The notes below the pieces were generated by a model. The model worked only from the letters and a program-made list of their open reading frames with translations, was not told the DNA's origin and ran no database searches. A program made the translations under genes and the position numbers. This document shows, piece by piece, positions 10,301 to 19,027 of a stretch of DNA of 64,000 nucleotides (within the stretch, counting starts at the first letter, position 1; each line of letters starts with the position of its first letter). This DNA is from an uncultured Candidatus Entotheonella sp. (lineage in GTDB: Bacteria; Tectomicrobia; Entotheonellia; Entotheonellales; Entotheonellaceae). Location: assembly GCA_965215335.1 (NCBI GenBank), contig CBDCDA010000001.1, positions 1 to 64,000 of the forward strand, read 5' to 3'.

Positions 10301-11626
10301 ATGGCACGCACGCGGCACGTCATTGTCGGCGGCGGCACTGCCGGCATGAACGCCATCACCGCGATTCGCCAATACGACCGCGGCGCTTCCGAAATCATTC
10401 TGGTGGCCGACGAGCGCCCTTACTCGCGCATGGTACTGCCGTATTACCTGAAAGGCGGCATCAGCGAGTCGCACGTCTTCACGGCCCCGCCGACGCGCCT
10501 GCGTACTCTGGGGGTGGAACCGTTCATCGGCCGACGCGCCGTCGGGGTCGATACGCAAACCAGCACCCTGACCCTGGACGACGGCACCGAACTCCCGTAC
10601 GACGATTTACTCATCGCCACCGGCTCGTCGGCCGTGCGGGCGCCCGTTGCCGGCGCCGACGGTGCCGGCGTCCACAGCTTCTGGACCCTGGAACAGGCGC
10701 AGGGCGTCATCCGGGGCATCACGCCGGGTTGCTCGGTGGTGCTGGTCGGGGCCGGTTTCATCGCCTTCACCATTCTGAATTCCATCCTTGCACTGGGCGC
10801 CCGGCTCACGGTCGTGGAGATCGCGCCGCAGATCCTGCCGCGCATGATCGACGCGGCGGGCGCCGAGGTGGTGACGCGCTGGCTACGGGAACGCGGCGTC
10901 ACGGTGCGCACCGGGGCACAGCTGAACGCCATCGAGGACGCCGAGGGCCGCAAGCGACTGCGTTTCCGGCAGGGCGACGACGTGATGGCGGACCAGGTAA
11001 TCATGGCGACGGGCATCCGCACCAATCTCGACTGGTTGCAGGATTCCGGCATCACCATCAACCGCGGCATCGTGGTCGATGCGTATCTGCGTTCCAACGT
11101 CCCCAACGTGTACGCCGCTGGCGATGTTGCCGAGGGCCGCGACGCCGTTACCGGCGAGCCGGCGCTGCACGCCATCGAGCCCACCGCGATGGAGCACGGG
11201 CGCATCGCCGGGGTCAACATGGCGGGGCAGCCGCAGACGTATCGCGGCAGCCTGCTGATGAACATCGTGGAGGTACTCGGGCTCGAAATCGCCAGCTTCG
11301 GGGCCTGGGACGACGCCAGCGCCGAGGTCATGAGCGTCCTGCGCCCGGCGCGCCCGGCGTACCGCAAGCTGCTGTGGCACGACGACCGTATCACCGGGGC
11401 GATGATTCTCGGACCGGCACGGGACATCTGGGCGACGAACGACGTGGGCATTCTGAAGGGACTGGTGCAGTCCGGGGTGTCGCTGCGCGACTGGAAGTCC
11501 TACCTGCGGAACAACCTGTTCGACGTCAAGCGGGCCTTCATCGCTGCCGGCGCCACCGGCCGGCTGCTGCCGCAAACGATTCTGGGCCGTCCGTCGGTGG
11601 CGGCGGAGTCGGTCATGGTACAGTAG
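10301..11626 (+). CDS. FAD/NAD(P)H-dependent oxidoreductase (AorC/NirB-like)
   Basis: VGGGTAG, ATGS, VGAGFI, YAAGDVA. Confidence 0.9.
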   Translation: MARTRHVIVGGGTAGMNAITAIRQYDRGASEIILVADERPYSRMVLPYYLKGGISESHVFTAPPTRLRTLGVEPFIGRRAVGVDTQTSTLTLDDGTELPYDDLLIATGSSAVRAPVAGADGAGVHSFWTLEQAQGVIRGITPGCSVVLVGAGFIAFTILNSILALGARLTVVEIAPQILPRMIDAAGAEVVTRWLRERGVTVRTGAQLNAIEDAEGRKRLRFRQGDDVMADQVIMATGIRTNLDWLQDSGITINRGIVVDAYLRSNVPNVYAAGDVAEGRDAVTGEPALHAIEPTAMEHGRIAGVNMAGQPQTYRGSLLMNIVEVLGLEIASFGAWDDASAEVMSVLRPARPAYRKLLWHDDRITGAMILGPARDIWATNDVGILKGLVQSGVSLRDWKSYLRNNLFDVKRAFIAAGATGRLLPQTILGRPSVAAESVMVQ

Positions 11627-11661
11627 GCACTGCAAACATTGCATATTGAAGGACAAGTGAC

Positions 11662-13563
11662 ATGCAAGAGGGACTGCCAGGCGGTTATGCCGGAAAGATA
11701 TTGCGGGTCGATCTGAGCCGGGGTCGGACCTGGACCGAAGCGTGGACGGCCGAGATGTGCCGCACCTGCATCGGCGGCGTCGGGCTGGGCATCAGGATCT
11801 TGTGGGACGAGGTGCCGGCGGGGGTTGGCTGGGACCACGAGGACAATCGCCTGGTGCTGGCCACCGGCCCGCTGGCCGGCCTGCCGGCCTGGGGCACCGG
11901 CGGGCTCACCGTGGTGACGCGAGGCGCCCTGACCAACGGCGCCACCAACACCCAGGCCAACGGCTTCTTCGGGGCCAACCTGAAGTATTCCGGTTACGAC
12001 GCCATCGTCTTGCAGGGACGGGCGCCGGAGTGGGTCTATCTCTATATCCATGACGACACCGTCGAGCTGCGCGACGCCTCGGTCCTGCTGGGCAAGGACA
12101 CCTGGGAAACGCAGGATGCCCTGGGGCAGATGCTCGACCTGACGGGGCACCAGCTCAGCGTGTACACCAGCGGTGTGGCGGGGGAGAACCAGGTGCGTTT
12201 TGCCGCCATCCACGGCGATTACGGCCACGTGGCCAGCAAGAACGGCTGCGGCGCCGTGATGGGCAACAAGCGGCTGAAGGCGGTGGCCATCGTGCGCGGC
12301 GGCCAGGCGCTGCGCGCCGCCGACCCGCGCGGCTTGTGGATGGCCGCGCAGGAGATCGCCGAGGACCTGCAATACGACCCGTCAACGCGGTCGCTGTACG
12401 AATACGGCACCCTGCCCGGCGTGTCCGGCCTGTCGCGTCTCGGCGCGCTGCCGATCAGGAATTACACCACCAATGTCGTTCCCGAAGACGTGGACATGAG
12501 CCAGTGGACGGCGCAGGGGTTGCGGGAGGGCTTCGATCACCGCGGCCACCAGTGCAATTCGTGCGGCATGCACCATTGCCACGCGCAGGTCTTGCCTTCG
12601 GGGCCGCACCAGGGTGCGCTTGTCGACGAACCGGAATACGAGGGCTGGTCCGGGGCGGGTTGGGCCTTCGGGTGCACCGATCCGGTCGCCACCTCGTGGC
12701 TCAACACGCAGGTGGACCGCGCCTGCGTGGACGTGAACGAGTTTGGCTGGCTCATGGGCTGGGTGGTCGAGTGCCAGGAGAAGGGCTATCTCACCAAGGA
12801 ACAACTCGGCGGCCTCACCCTGACCTGGGGCGATGCCGAGGCGGCGAACGCGCTGCTGCAGATGACCATCCGCCGCGAGGGGTTCGGTGACGTGCTGGCC
12901 GAGGGGGTCAAGCGAGCGTCCGAAACGGTCGGTGGTGCCGCCGCCGAGTGCGCCATTTATGCGATGACGGGCAACACTCCGCGCGGTCACGATCACCGGG
13001 CGCGCTGGGAGGAAATGCTCGACACCTGCACGGGCAGCGGCGGTACGCTGGACAGTGGCCCGCCGGTGTTGCCGACCGAGATGGGGCAGCCGGCGCGCAT
13101 CAACCCCTTCGACCCGGACGCCGTGGCCCGCATGGTCGGCGGCACGCGCGGCCGGCGGCAGTTCGAGGATTCGTTGGGGACGTGCATCTTCACGACCCGC
13201 ACGCTGCTGTCCACGTTGTGCCGCACCCTGAGCGCCGCCACCGGCTGGGACTTCACCAGGGCCGAAGCGCAGCGCTTCGGCCGGCGCACCGCCGCGCTGA
13301 TGCGGGCATTCAATATCCGCTGCGGCATCACACCCGACCTGGAAAGGCCGTCCAAGCGCTACGGCTCCGTGCCCGTCGACGGGCCGGCCCAGGGCCAGGA
13401 CATCGGCGCGCACTGGGAGCACCTGCTTGATGTCTGGTACGACGTGGTCGGCTACGACCGCCAGACCGGCAAGCCCCTGCCTGCCACGCTGGAAGCCCTG
13501 GGTCTGTCGCACGTCGTCGCCGACCTCTGGGACGCTCAGGGGGCTACCCATGCCGGCACCTGA
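11662..13563 (+). CDS. aor: Aldehyde:ferredoxin oxidoreductase family catalytic subunit (probably tungsten-dependent)
   Basis: GYAGKILRVDLS, GAVMGNKRLKA, CNSCGMHHC, EPEYE, DSLGTCIF. Confidence 0.92.
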   Translation: MQEGLPGGYAGKILRVDLSRGRTWTEAWTAEMCRTCIGGVGLGIRILWDEVPAGVGWDHEDNRLVLATGPLAGLPAWGTGGLTVVTRGALTNGATNTQANGFFGANLKYSGYDAIVLQGRAPEWVYLYIHDDTVELRDASVLLGKDTWETQDALGQMLDLTGHQLSVYTSGVAGENQVRFAAIHGDYGHVASKNGCGAVMGNKRLKAVAIVRGGQALRAADPRGLWMAAQEIAEDLQYDPSTRSLYEYGTLPGVSGLSRLGALPIRNYTTNVVPEDVDMSQWTAQGLREGFDHRGHQCNSCGMHHCHAQVLPSGPHQGALVDEPEYEGWSGAGWAFGCTDPVATSWLNTQVDRACVDVNEFGWLMGWVVECQEKGYLTKEQLGGLTLTWGDAEAANALLQMTIRREGFGDVLAEGVKRASETVGGAAAECAIYAMTGNTPRGHDHRARWEEMLDTCTGSGGTLDSGPPVLPTEMGQPARINPFDPDAVARMVGGTRGRRQFEDSLGTCIFTTRTLLSTLCRTLSAATGWDFTRAEAQRFGRRTAALMRAFNIRCGITPDLERPSKRYGSVPVDGPAQGQDIGAHWEHLLDVWYDVVGYDRQTGKPLPATLEALGLSHVVADLWDAQGATHAGT

Positions 13564-13894
13564 TGCCCTCCGGAATACCGCCGCTGCCACTGCCGGCGAA
13601 CTGGAGATCGAAGTCGTCGCCTGGATTACCAGATTCGTGGGTGGCGACGGCAGCACCCGCGAGGTGTTCCGCCTGCCGCTGCGTGCGGACGACACGGTCC
13701 GCAAGGTCCTGCGCCGCTTCAGCGGCCGTTTTCCGCAACTGCACAAGGCCCTCTGGGATCCTGTCACGGGTGACCTGGCCGAACACATTGAAGTGTTGGT
13801 CAACGATGCCGTCCTGGACCTCACCCACAACCTGGACAGCCCCATCCGCCGCAGCGACAAGATCGCCCTCATCGGCCAGTATCTCGGTGGATAG
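13550..13894 (+). CDS. MoaD/ThiS ubiquitin-like sulfur carrier
   Basis: IEVLVND, C-terminal GG; follows aor. Confidence 0.85.
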   Translation: MPAPDALRNTAAATAGELEIEVVAWITRFVGGDGSTREVFRLPLRADDTVRKVLRRFSGRFPQLHKALWDPVTGDLAEHIEVLVNDAVLDLTHNLDSPIRRSDKIALIGQYLGG

Positions 13895-13926
13895 AACCCC
13901 TTGGCGACAAGAGGAGTCCAAGGCTG

Positions 13927-15513
13927 ATGGCAGACCCGACGAGCCCTGCAACCCTGCGCAACCTGATGGCAAGCGACACGCCGTTCGCCTGCATCGACGT
14001 CAGAGAACCGGGCGAGTACAACAGCTCGCATATTCCGGGGGTGAGCCTGCTACCGCGCCGGCAACTCGAATTCGACATGCCGCTGGCGGTTCCGTTCCCG
14101 GGCACCCGAGTGGTGGTGTGCGACGACGATGGGCGGCGCGCGGCGCTGGCCGCGGCGACGCTGGAAGGCATGGGCTACCACCGCGTGTCCGTCCTGGAGG
14201 GAGGTATCAACCGCTGGGTGAGCGACAACCACCCCACCGAGTGGGGCACCAACGTGCCCAGCAAGGATTTCGGGGAAAAGGTGGAAGTGGTGCATCGCGT
14301 GCCGGAGATCGCGGCGACCGACCTGCAGGCGCGTATGGCGCGAGGGGACAAGCTGCTCATTCTCGACACCCGCACGCCTGAAGAGTTCCAGCGCTTCTGC
14401 ATTCCTGGGGGGCGCAGTGTTCCCGGGGGAGAATTACCCCTGCGCATCACCGACCTCACCCGGGACCTCGAGGCGGATACCGCGGTTATCGTGAACTGCG
14501 CCGGGCGCACCCGCAGCATTATCGGGACACGCCTGCTGCAACGCATGGGCCTGTCCAACGTCTATGGCCTGAAAAACGGTACTGCCGGATGGCTGCTGGC
14601 CGGTTACGACCTGGAAACCGGTGCCGACCGGCTGGCGCTGCCCGAGCCGTCGCCGGAAGGGCTGGCGGCTGCGGAATCGCATGCCGCCCGCGTGGCCGAA
14701 GAAGACGGCGTCCGTTTCCTGGATATCCCTGCTCTGCAGACCATGATGGCCCGGCGGCAGCAGGAACCCCTGTATTGTATCGACGTGCGGTCCGCGGCCG
14801 AGTACGCTGGCGGCCACATCCCCGGGTTTCGGTGGTTTCCCGGCGGCCAGGCCGTCCAGCGCGCCGACGACGTCGCGGTGGTGAAAAACTGCCCGCTCGT
14901 CTTTACCTGTGACCGCGCAGCCCGCGCCACGTTCACCGCTTCCTGGTACCGGCAGATGGAGTTTATGGACGTCTACGTCGTGGACGGTGGTACGACGGCC
15001 TGGCGCGCCAGTGGCCTGACGCTGGCGCAAGGCGGGGAAGACAGGGTTCCAGCCGGCTTCGCCGCGGCGCAAGCCGAGGTGCGTCGCGTGACGCCCCAGG
15101 CGTTGCACGCCGCCCCGCCGCCGGTGGTCCTTTTCGTTGACACCAGCCAGGACTTTGCCCGTGTGCACGTGCCGGGCGCGCACTGGGCGCCGCGTGGCTG
15201 GCTGGAATTCCATATCGGCACCCTGGCTCCCGCATACGACACTCCCGTTGCCGTCACCTGCAACGACGGACGCCAGGCCACGCTGGCAGGCGCCACGCTG
15301 AGCGCGCTGGGGTATCAGAGCGTTACCGTGCTGGAGGGTGGGATGGCCGCCTGGCAACACGCCGCGTTGCCGGTCGAGCACGGCCTCTCCGGCATCATGA
15401 ACCCGCCCACGGACGTGGTCCTGTCCGGCCCCGACCGAAACTTCGCGGACATGATGCACTACCTGCGCTGGGAAGAAACCTTGGGGACAAAATATGCGCC
15501 CCAGACCAGCTGA
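13927..15513 (+). CDS. Four-domain rhodanese/sulfurtransferase
   Basis: Four rhodanese units (IDVREPGEY..HIPG, LDTRTPEEF..IPGG, IDVRS..EY..GHIPG, VDTS..HVPGA); active-loop CAGRTRS. Confidence 0.92.
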   Translation: MADPTSPATLRNLMASDTPFACIDVREPGEYNSSHIPGVSLLPRRQLEFDMPLAVPFPGTRVVVCDDDGRRAALAAATLEGMGYHRVSVLEGGINRWVSDNHPTEWGTNVPSKDFGEKVEVVHRVPEIAATDLQARMARGDKLLILDTRTPEEFQRFCIPGGRSVPGGELPLRITDLTRDLEADTAVIVNCAGRTRSIIGTRLLQRMGLSNVYGLKNGTAGWLLAGYDLETGADRLALPEPSPEGLAAAESHAARVAEEDGVRFLDIPALQTMMARRQQEPLYCIDVRSAAEYAGGHIPGFRWFPGGQAVQRADDVAVVKNCPLVFTCDRAARATFTASWYRQMEFMDVYVVDGGTTAWRASGLTLAQGGEDRVPAGFAAAQAEVRRVTPQALHAAPPPVVLFVDTSQDFARVHVPGAHWAPRGWLEFHIGTLAPAYDTPVAVTCNDGRQATLAGATLSALGYQSVTVLEGGMAAWQHAALPVEHGLSGIMNPPTDVVLSGPDRNFADMMHYLRWEETLGTKYAPQTS

Positions 15514-15546
15514 TGCGCCCTGTGGTCGTACCCACCTGTCTGCCCA

Positions 15547-15590
15547 TGGAGGGCGGCTCCGCCCTCCACACGGGCTGAAAGCCCGCGCCA
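15547..15590. repeat. REP-like double palindrome
   Basis: TGGAGGGCGG-ct-CCGCCCTCCA followed by CGGGCT-gaa-AGCCCG. Confidence 0.5.
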
Positions 15591-15599
15591 CCCTGTGCA

Positions 15600-15847
15600 G
15601 ATCATGGTTGGCAGCTCGGAGGTTGAAGAAATACTTGTTGTCCGACTGACGTCTTGCGTTTGTAGCGCGCATCGCGTTTGTAGCGCGCATCAATGAGTGC
15701 ATTAGCCCGACCGAGCCGGTCCCGTTTTCCGCTTCCGCCTTACTTCCTTAATCCCTCGGTCGCGAGCATGGTCTCGCTGTTGCCTGCTTTGAGTCGAAAC
15801 CGACACTCGGCCGCCGTGTCTTTGCACAGTTCGAACTTGCCGGTCAT
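15600..15847 (-). pseudogene. YegP/DUF1508 family pseudogene
   Basis: MTGKFELCKD..RFRLKAGNSETMLATEG and SDNKYFFNLRAANH in different frames; 18-bp tandem duplication 15656-15691; truncated. Confidence 0.8.
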
Positions 15848-15869
15848 CACCAAATCCTCCCAGCGTGGC

Positions 15870-16611
15870 CTACGCCCCGAGATGCTCGTCGTAGAACAGC
15901 ATGACACGGTGCCACATGTCCTGGGCGGCGGCGGCGCGGTAGCTGGGCCGGTAGTCGGCGAAGAAGGCGTGGCCGGCATCACGGTACATGTGGAAGGCAT
16001 AAGTCTTGCCGTGCTTGTCGAGTTCCGCTTGCAGGCGGGCGGCGTGTTCGGGTGACGGGTTGGGGTCTTCCTCGCCGAACAGGGCCATGAGGGGGCAGGA
16101 GAGGGTCGATGCCATGTCGATGGGCGAGACGGGGCGCTGGGGCGTGTGTTCGTCCTGGATGATGAACCCCCCGGCGGAATCCACCGCGGCGTCCAGGCTG
16201 GTGCTCTGGCAGCCCAGCATCAGGGTGTAGCGGCCGCCGGAGCAAAAGCCGATGGCGCCGACCTTGCCGTTGCTGTCGGCCTGGCCCTTGAGGAACGCAA
16301 TGGCGCCCTCCAGGTCGGTCATGGCCTGGGCGTCGGGCACGGCGAACATGGTCTTGAACACCTCGTCCATCACGGTGGGGTCGGGCGAGCCTTCGCGGGT
16401 GTACATGTCCGGCGCGACGGCCAGGTAGCCTTGCTCGGCGAAACGGCGGGCGATGTCCTTGATGTGGTCGATCAAGCCGAAGGCTTCCATGACGACGACC
16501 ACGCCGGGGGTAGCGCCCGGCTTCCGCCGGGCGGCTGAAACAGGCGTTGATCGGGGTGCCGTCCTGGCTGGGAAATTGAAGCATTTCGGACTGGATGTCG
16601 GGTGGATACAC
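15870..16611 (-). CDS. Dienelactone hydrolase family protein (frameshifted near 16506-16510)
   Basis: RBS AAGGAG plus GTG 16611; MEAFG, GFCSGG, AGHAF; one extra base in a G5 run separates YP from GVVVVMEAFG. Confidence 0.85.
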
Positions 16612-16823
16612 GGCGGCGCTCCTTTCGCGGTTGCAAGGGTCGATAAGCGATGGAATTTCGGGGCGGCAGGCTAGCATCGACCGGGTGCGAGGGTCAAGGC
16701 CGCCGGAGTCCGGCGGCCCCATGCCGCTTTGTGGGGCCCCGCAAGTGTGCTATGTTAAGGTTCCTTTTCGGCACAAGTGCACTGCGTTCGGAACGTGAAT
16801 TTCCCAATCGCAAGGAGGTTCTC

Positions 16824-17523
16824 ATGTCTCATCGGGGTCAACTGTCGCGCCGTACCCTGCTTCGCAACGCCCTCGCTGCCGGCGCGGTGTTCGCGGCGCC
16901 CAACGTCGTGCGCGGCGCCGTGTGCGGCGTCACGCCGAAGCAGGTCGAAGGTCCCTTCTACATGAACGACTATGATCGCAAGGGCGGCCGTGGTGAACAA
17001 CAACGACCTGACGCAGATCCCCGGCGCGCCGCGGGCTGCGGACGGCGAGGTGATCTATCTCGGCGGCCAAATCACGGACGTTGAATGCAGGCCCGTGAAG
17101 GGCGCCACCGTCGAAATCTGGCAGTCCTGCGTCACCGGCCGCTATGCCCACGTACGCGATCCCAACCCGGCGCCGCTGGATCCGTATTTCCGCTATTCCG
17201 GCGAGTTCCTCACCGATGAGGAGGGCCGCTATGCCTTCAAGACCATCAAGCCGGGTCCTTACCCCATTCCCGGCGGCCTGATGCGCACGCCGCACATTCA
17301 TTTCAGGGTCGTCGCCCTCAATCCGATTCTCACCACGCAGATGTACTTCGCGGGCGAGCCGCTGAACGACAAGGACATCCTGCTGAATCATGCCGCCAAG
17401 TCCGACCAGCAGCGGCTGGTCGTCGAGCCCTCTACCCGCCCCGGCAGCTACGGTGAACAGAATTACTACGAGTTCGACATGACCATCGGCTCGTTCGGTT
17501 TTTCCCTGCAGCGCGTCGATTAG
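16824..17523 (+). CDS. Tat-exported intradiol ring-cleavage dioxygenase-like protein (frameshifted near 16982)
   Basis: RBS AAGGAGG, SRRTLL Tat motif, VEGPFY, VEIWQ..GRYAH, TIKPGPY, RTPHIH, TTQMYF. Confidence 0.82.
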
Positions 17524-18758
17524 AGTCTGATCCATAAGTGGTGAGTGGTCCCGACATGTGGTATTCCAAGTTGATAGCAACATTAGACTTGGAGGACCCA
17601 TGCCTTGGAACAGGACCACTCGCAAGGATTATACACGTGACGGCGGACGCTACGAAAGCGACGTGACAGACGAGGAATGGGCGATCATCGAACCCATGAT
17701 CCCCAAGCAGGGACGTCTGGGGCGTCCACGCAAGACAGACCCGCGCGAGGTCTTCAATGCTATCCAGTACGTGCTGGCCACGGGATGCCAGTGGCGGGTG
17801 CTACCGCGAGACTTTCCACCCCATTCGACGGTCATGAAGTACTTCTACAGGTGGCAAGGCAGCGGTGTGTTCGACCGTATGATGGATTCGCTTCGTGAGC
17901 TTGCGCGGACTACGGAGGCGGTGCGCGGGGTGGTGGCGGTGGATGGCAAGACCTTGCGGCGCTCGTTCGACCATGCTGCCGGGCAGGGGCCGATCCATAT
18001 GATCTCAGCGTGGAGTTCGCGCCAGCGGATGGTGTTGGGGCAACGCCAAGTAGACCCGAAGTCCAACGAGATCACCGCGATCCCGAAGTTGCTGGAGTTG
18101 CTGGAGCTACGGGGTGCGGTCGTGAGCCTCGATGCGATGGGGACGCAGCGTGCCATCGCCGCCCGGATCATCGACCAGGAAGCGGATTATGTGTTAGGGC
18201 TGAAAGGAAATCAGGGGACCCTGCACGAGGATGTGGCGTTGCTGTTTGACGACCCGCAGGGCGGCTTCGCCGGGCACGAGGTCACCGTTCATCGTCACGT
18301 CGAGAAGAACCATGGACGCCTGGAGACGCGGCGTGTGGTAGCGACTGAGCAGATCGCGTGGCTGCAGGACAGCCACGATTGGCCGGGACTGCGCAGCATC
18401 GCCAAGGTGGACAGCCGGCGTGAGCTGCTAGTCGAAGGTAAGGTCGAACAGGAGACGCGGTACTACATCAGTTCGCTGCCTGGCGACGCGCAGCAGATCG
18501 GGCAGGCAGTGCGCAGCCACTGGGGGGTCGAGAATGGGCTGCACTGGGTGATGGACATGGTATTTCGGGACGATGAGTGCCGCATACGAAGCCAGAACGC
18601 ACCGGCCAACTTCGTCACCATCAAGCATATAGCCAGCAATCTGCTGCGGCGAGGCAAGGGCAAGCACAGCATGCGATCCAGTCGTCACCTCGCGGCATGG
18701 AATGAGGACTTCCTCTACTCACTCCTCACCAAGTGACGCTGTTCAGTCGATCGCCCTG
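17523..18758 (+). mobile_element. Chimeric IS: IS5-family left part fused to ISAs1-family right part
   Basis: Left end GAGTCTGATCC after TTA; right end ..TCGCCCTG (ISAs1-like CAGGGC end). Confidence 0.7.
17600..18736 (+). CDS. Hybrid transposase (IS5 DUF4096-type N-terminus + ISAs1 DDE domain)
   Basis: YESDVTDEEW..GCQWRVLPRDFPPHSTV in frame with VAVDGKTLRRS, KSNEITAIP, DAMGTQ, HWGVENGLHWVMD. Confidence 0.85.
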   Translation: MPWNRTTRKDYTRDGGRYESDVTDEEWAIIEPMIPKQGRLGRPRKTDPREVFNAIQYVLATGCQWRVLPRDFPPHSTVMKYFYRWQGSGVFDRMMDSLRELARTTEAVRGVVAVDGKTLRRSFDHAAGQGPIHMISAWSSRQRMVLGQRQVDPKSNEITAIPKLLELLELRGAVVSLDAMGTQRAIAARIIDQEADYVLGLKGNQGTLHEDVALLFDDPQGGFAGHEVTVHRHVEKNHGRLETRRVVATEQIAWLQDSHDWPGLRSIAKVDSRRELLVEGKVEQETRYYISSLPGDAQQIGQAVRSHWGVENGLHWVMDMVFRDDECRIRSQNAPANFVTIKHIASNLLRRGKGKHSMRSSRHLAAWNEDFLYSLLTK

Positions 18759-18765
18759 GAGGTAG

Positions 18766-18858
18766 CGTGTACCTGTGTACGCGTAGCGTGGTATCACGGC
18801 ACAGGTTGGGAACCCCGGCGACATCAACGTGTATCTGTGTACGCGTAGCGCGTATAGT
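18766..18858 (+). promoter_or_regulatory. 23-bp direct repeat, probable tandem promoter/operator
   Basis: CGTGTA(C/T)CTGTGTACGCGTAGCG at 18766-18788 and 18828-18850; second copy followed by TATAGT (18853-18858). Confidence 0.55.
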
Positions 18859-18894
18859 GTCAACCATGAGACTCCAATAGAAAGAGAGTGCCTA

Positions 18895-18945
18895 ATGCGT
18901 AAGCGTAAGCGCAATTCGCAGTATCTTGGCAATCTTCTGGGTTAG
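18895..18945 (+). CDS. Small peptide MRKRKRNSQYLGNLLG (candidate precursor or leader peptide)
   Basis: Purine-rich AAAGAGAG before ATG 18895, TAG 18943-18945; lies between the promoter and a hairpin at the head of the operon. Confidence 0.5.
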   Translation: MRKRKRNSQYLGNLLG

Positions 18946-18953
18946 CTAGGTGA

Positions 18954-18978
18954 GGGTGGGGAGTTCAGCTCCCCACCC
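18954..18978 (+). other. Perfect 10-bp stem-loop after the peptide ORF
   Basis: GGGTGGGGAG-ttcag-CTCCCCACCC, no U-tract. Confidence 0.75.
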
Positions 18979-19027
18979 GATAACCATGTCGAAGCGGAGT
19001 TTACAGGAACTGGCAAAAAGGGAAAAC

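Noticed and set aside
18766..18850. Repeat-spacer-repeat as a mini CRISPR array
   Set aside because: Only two 23-bp copies, no cas genes, and each copy abuts a -10-like hexamer.
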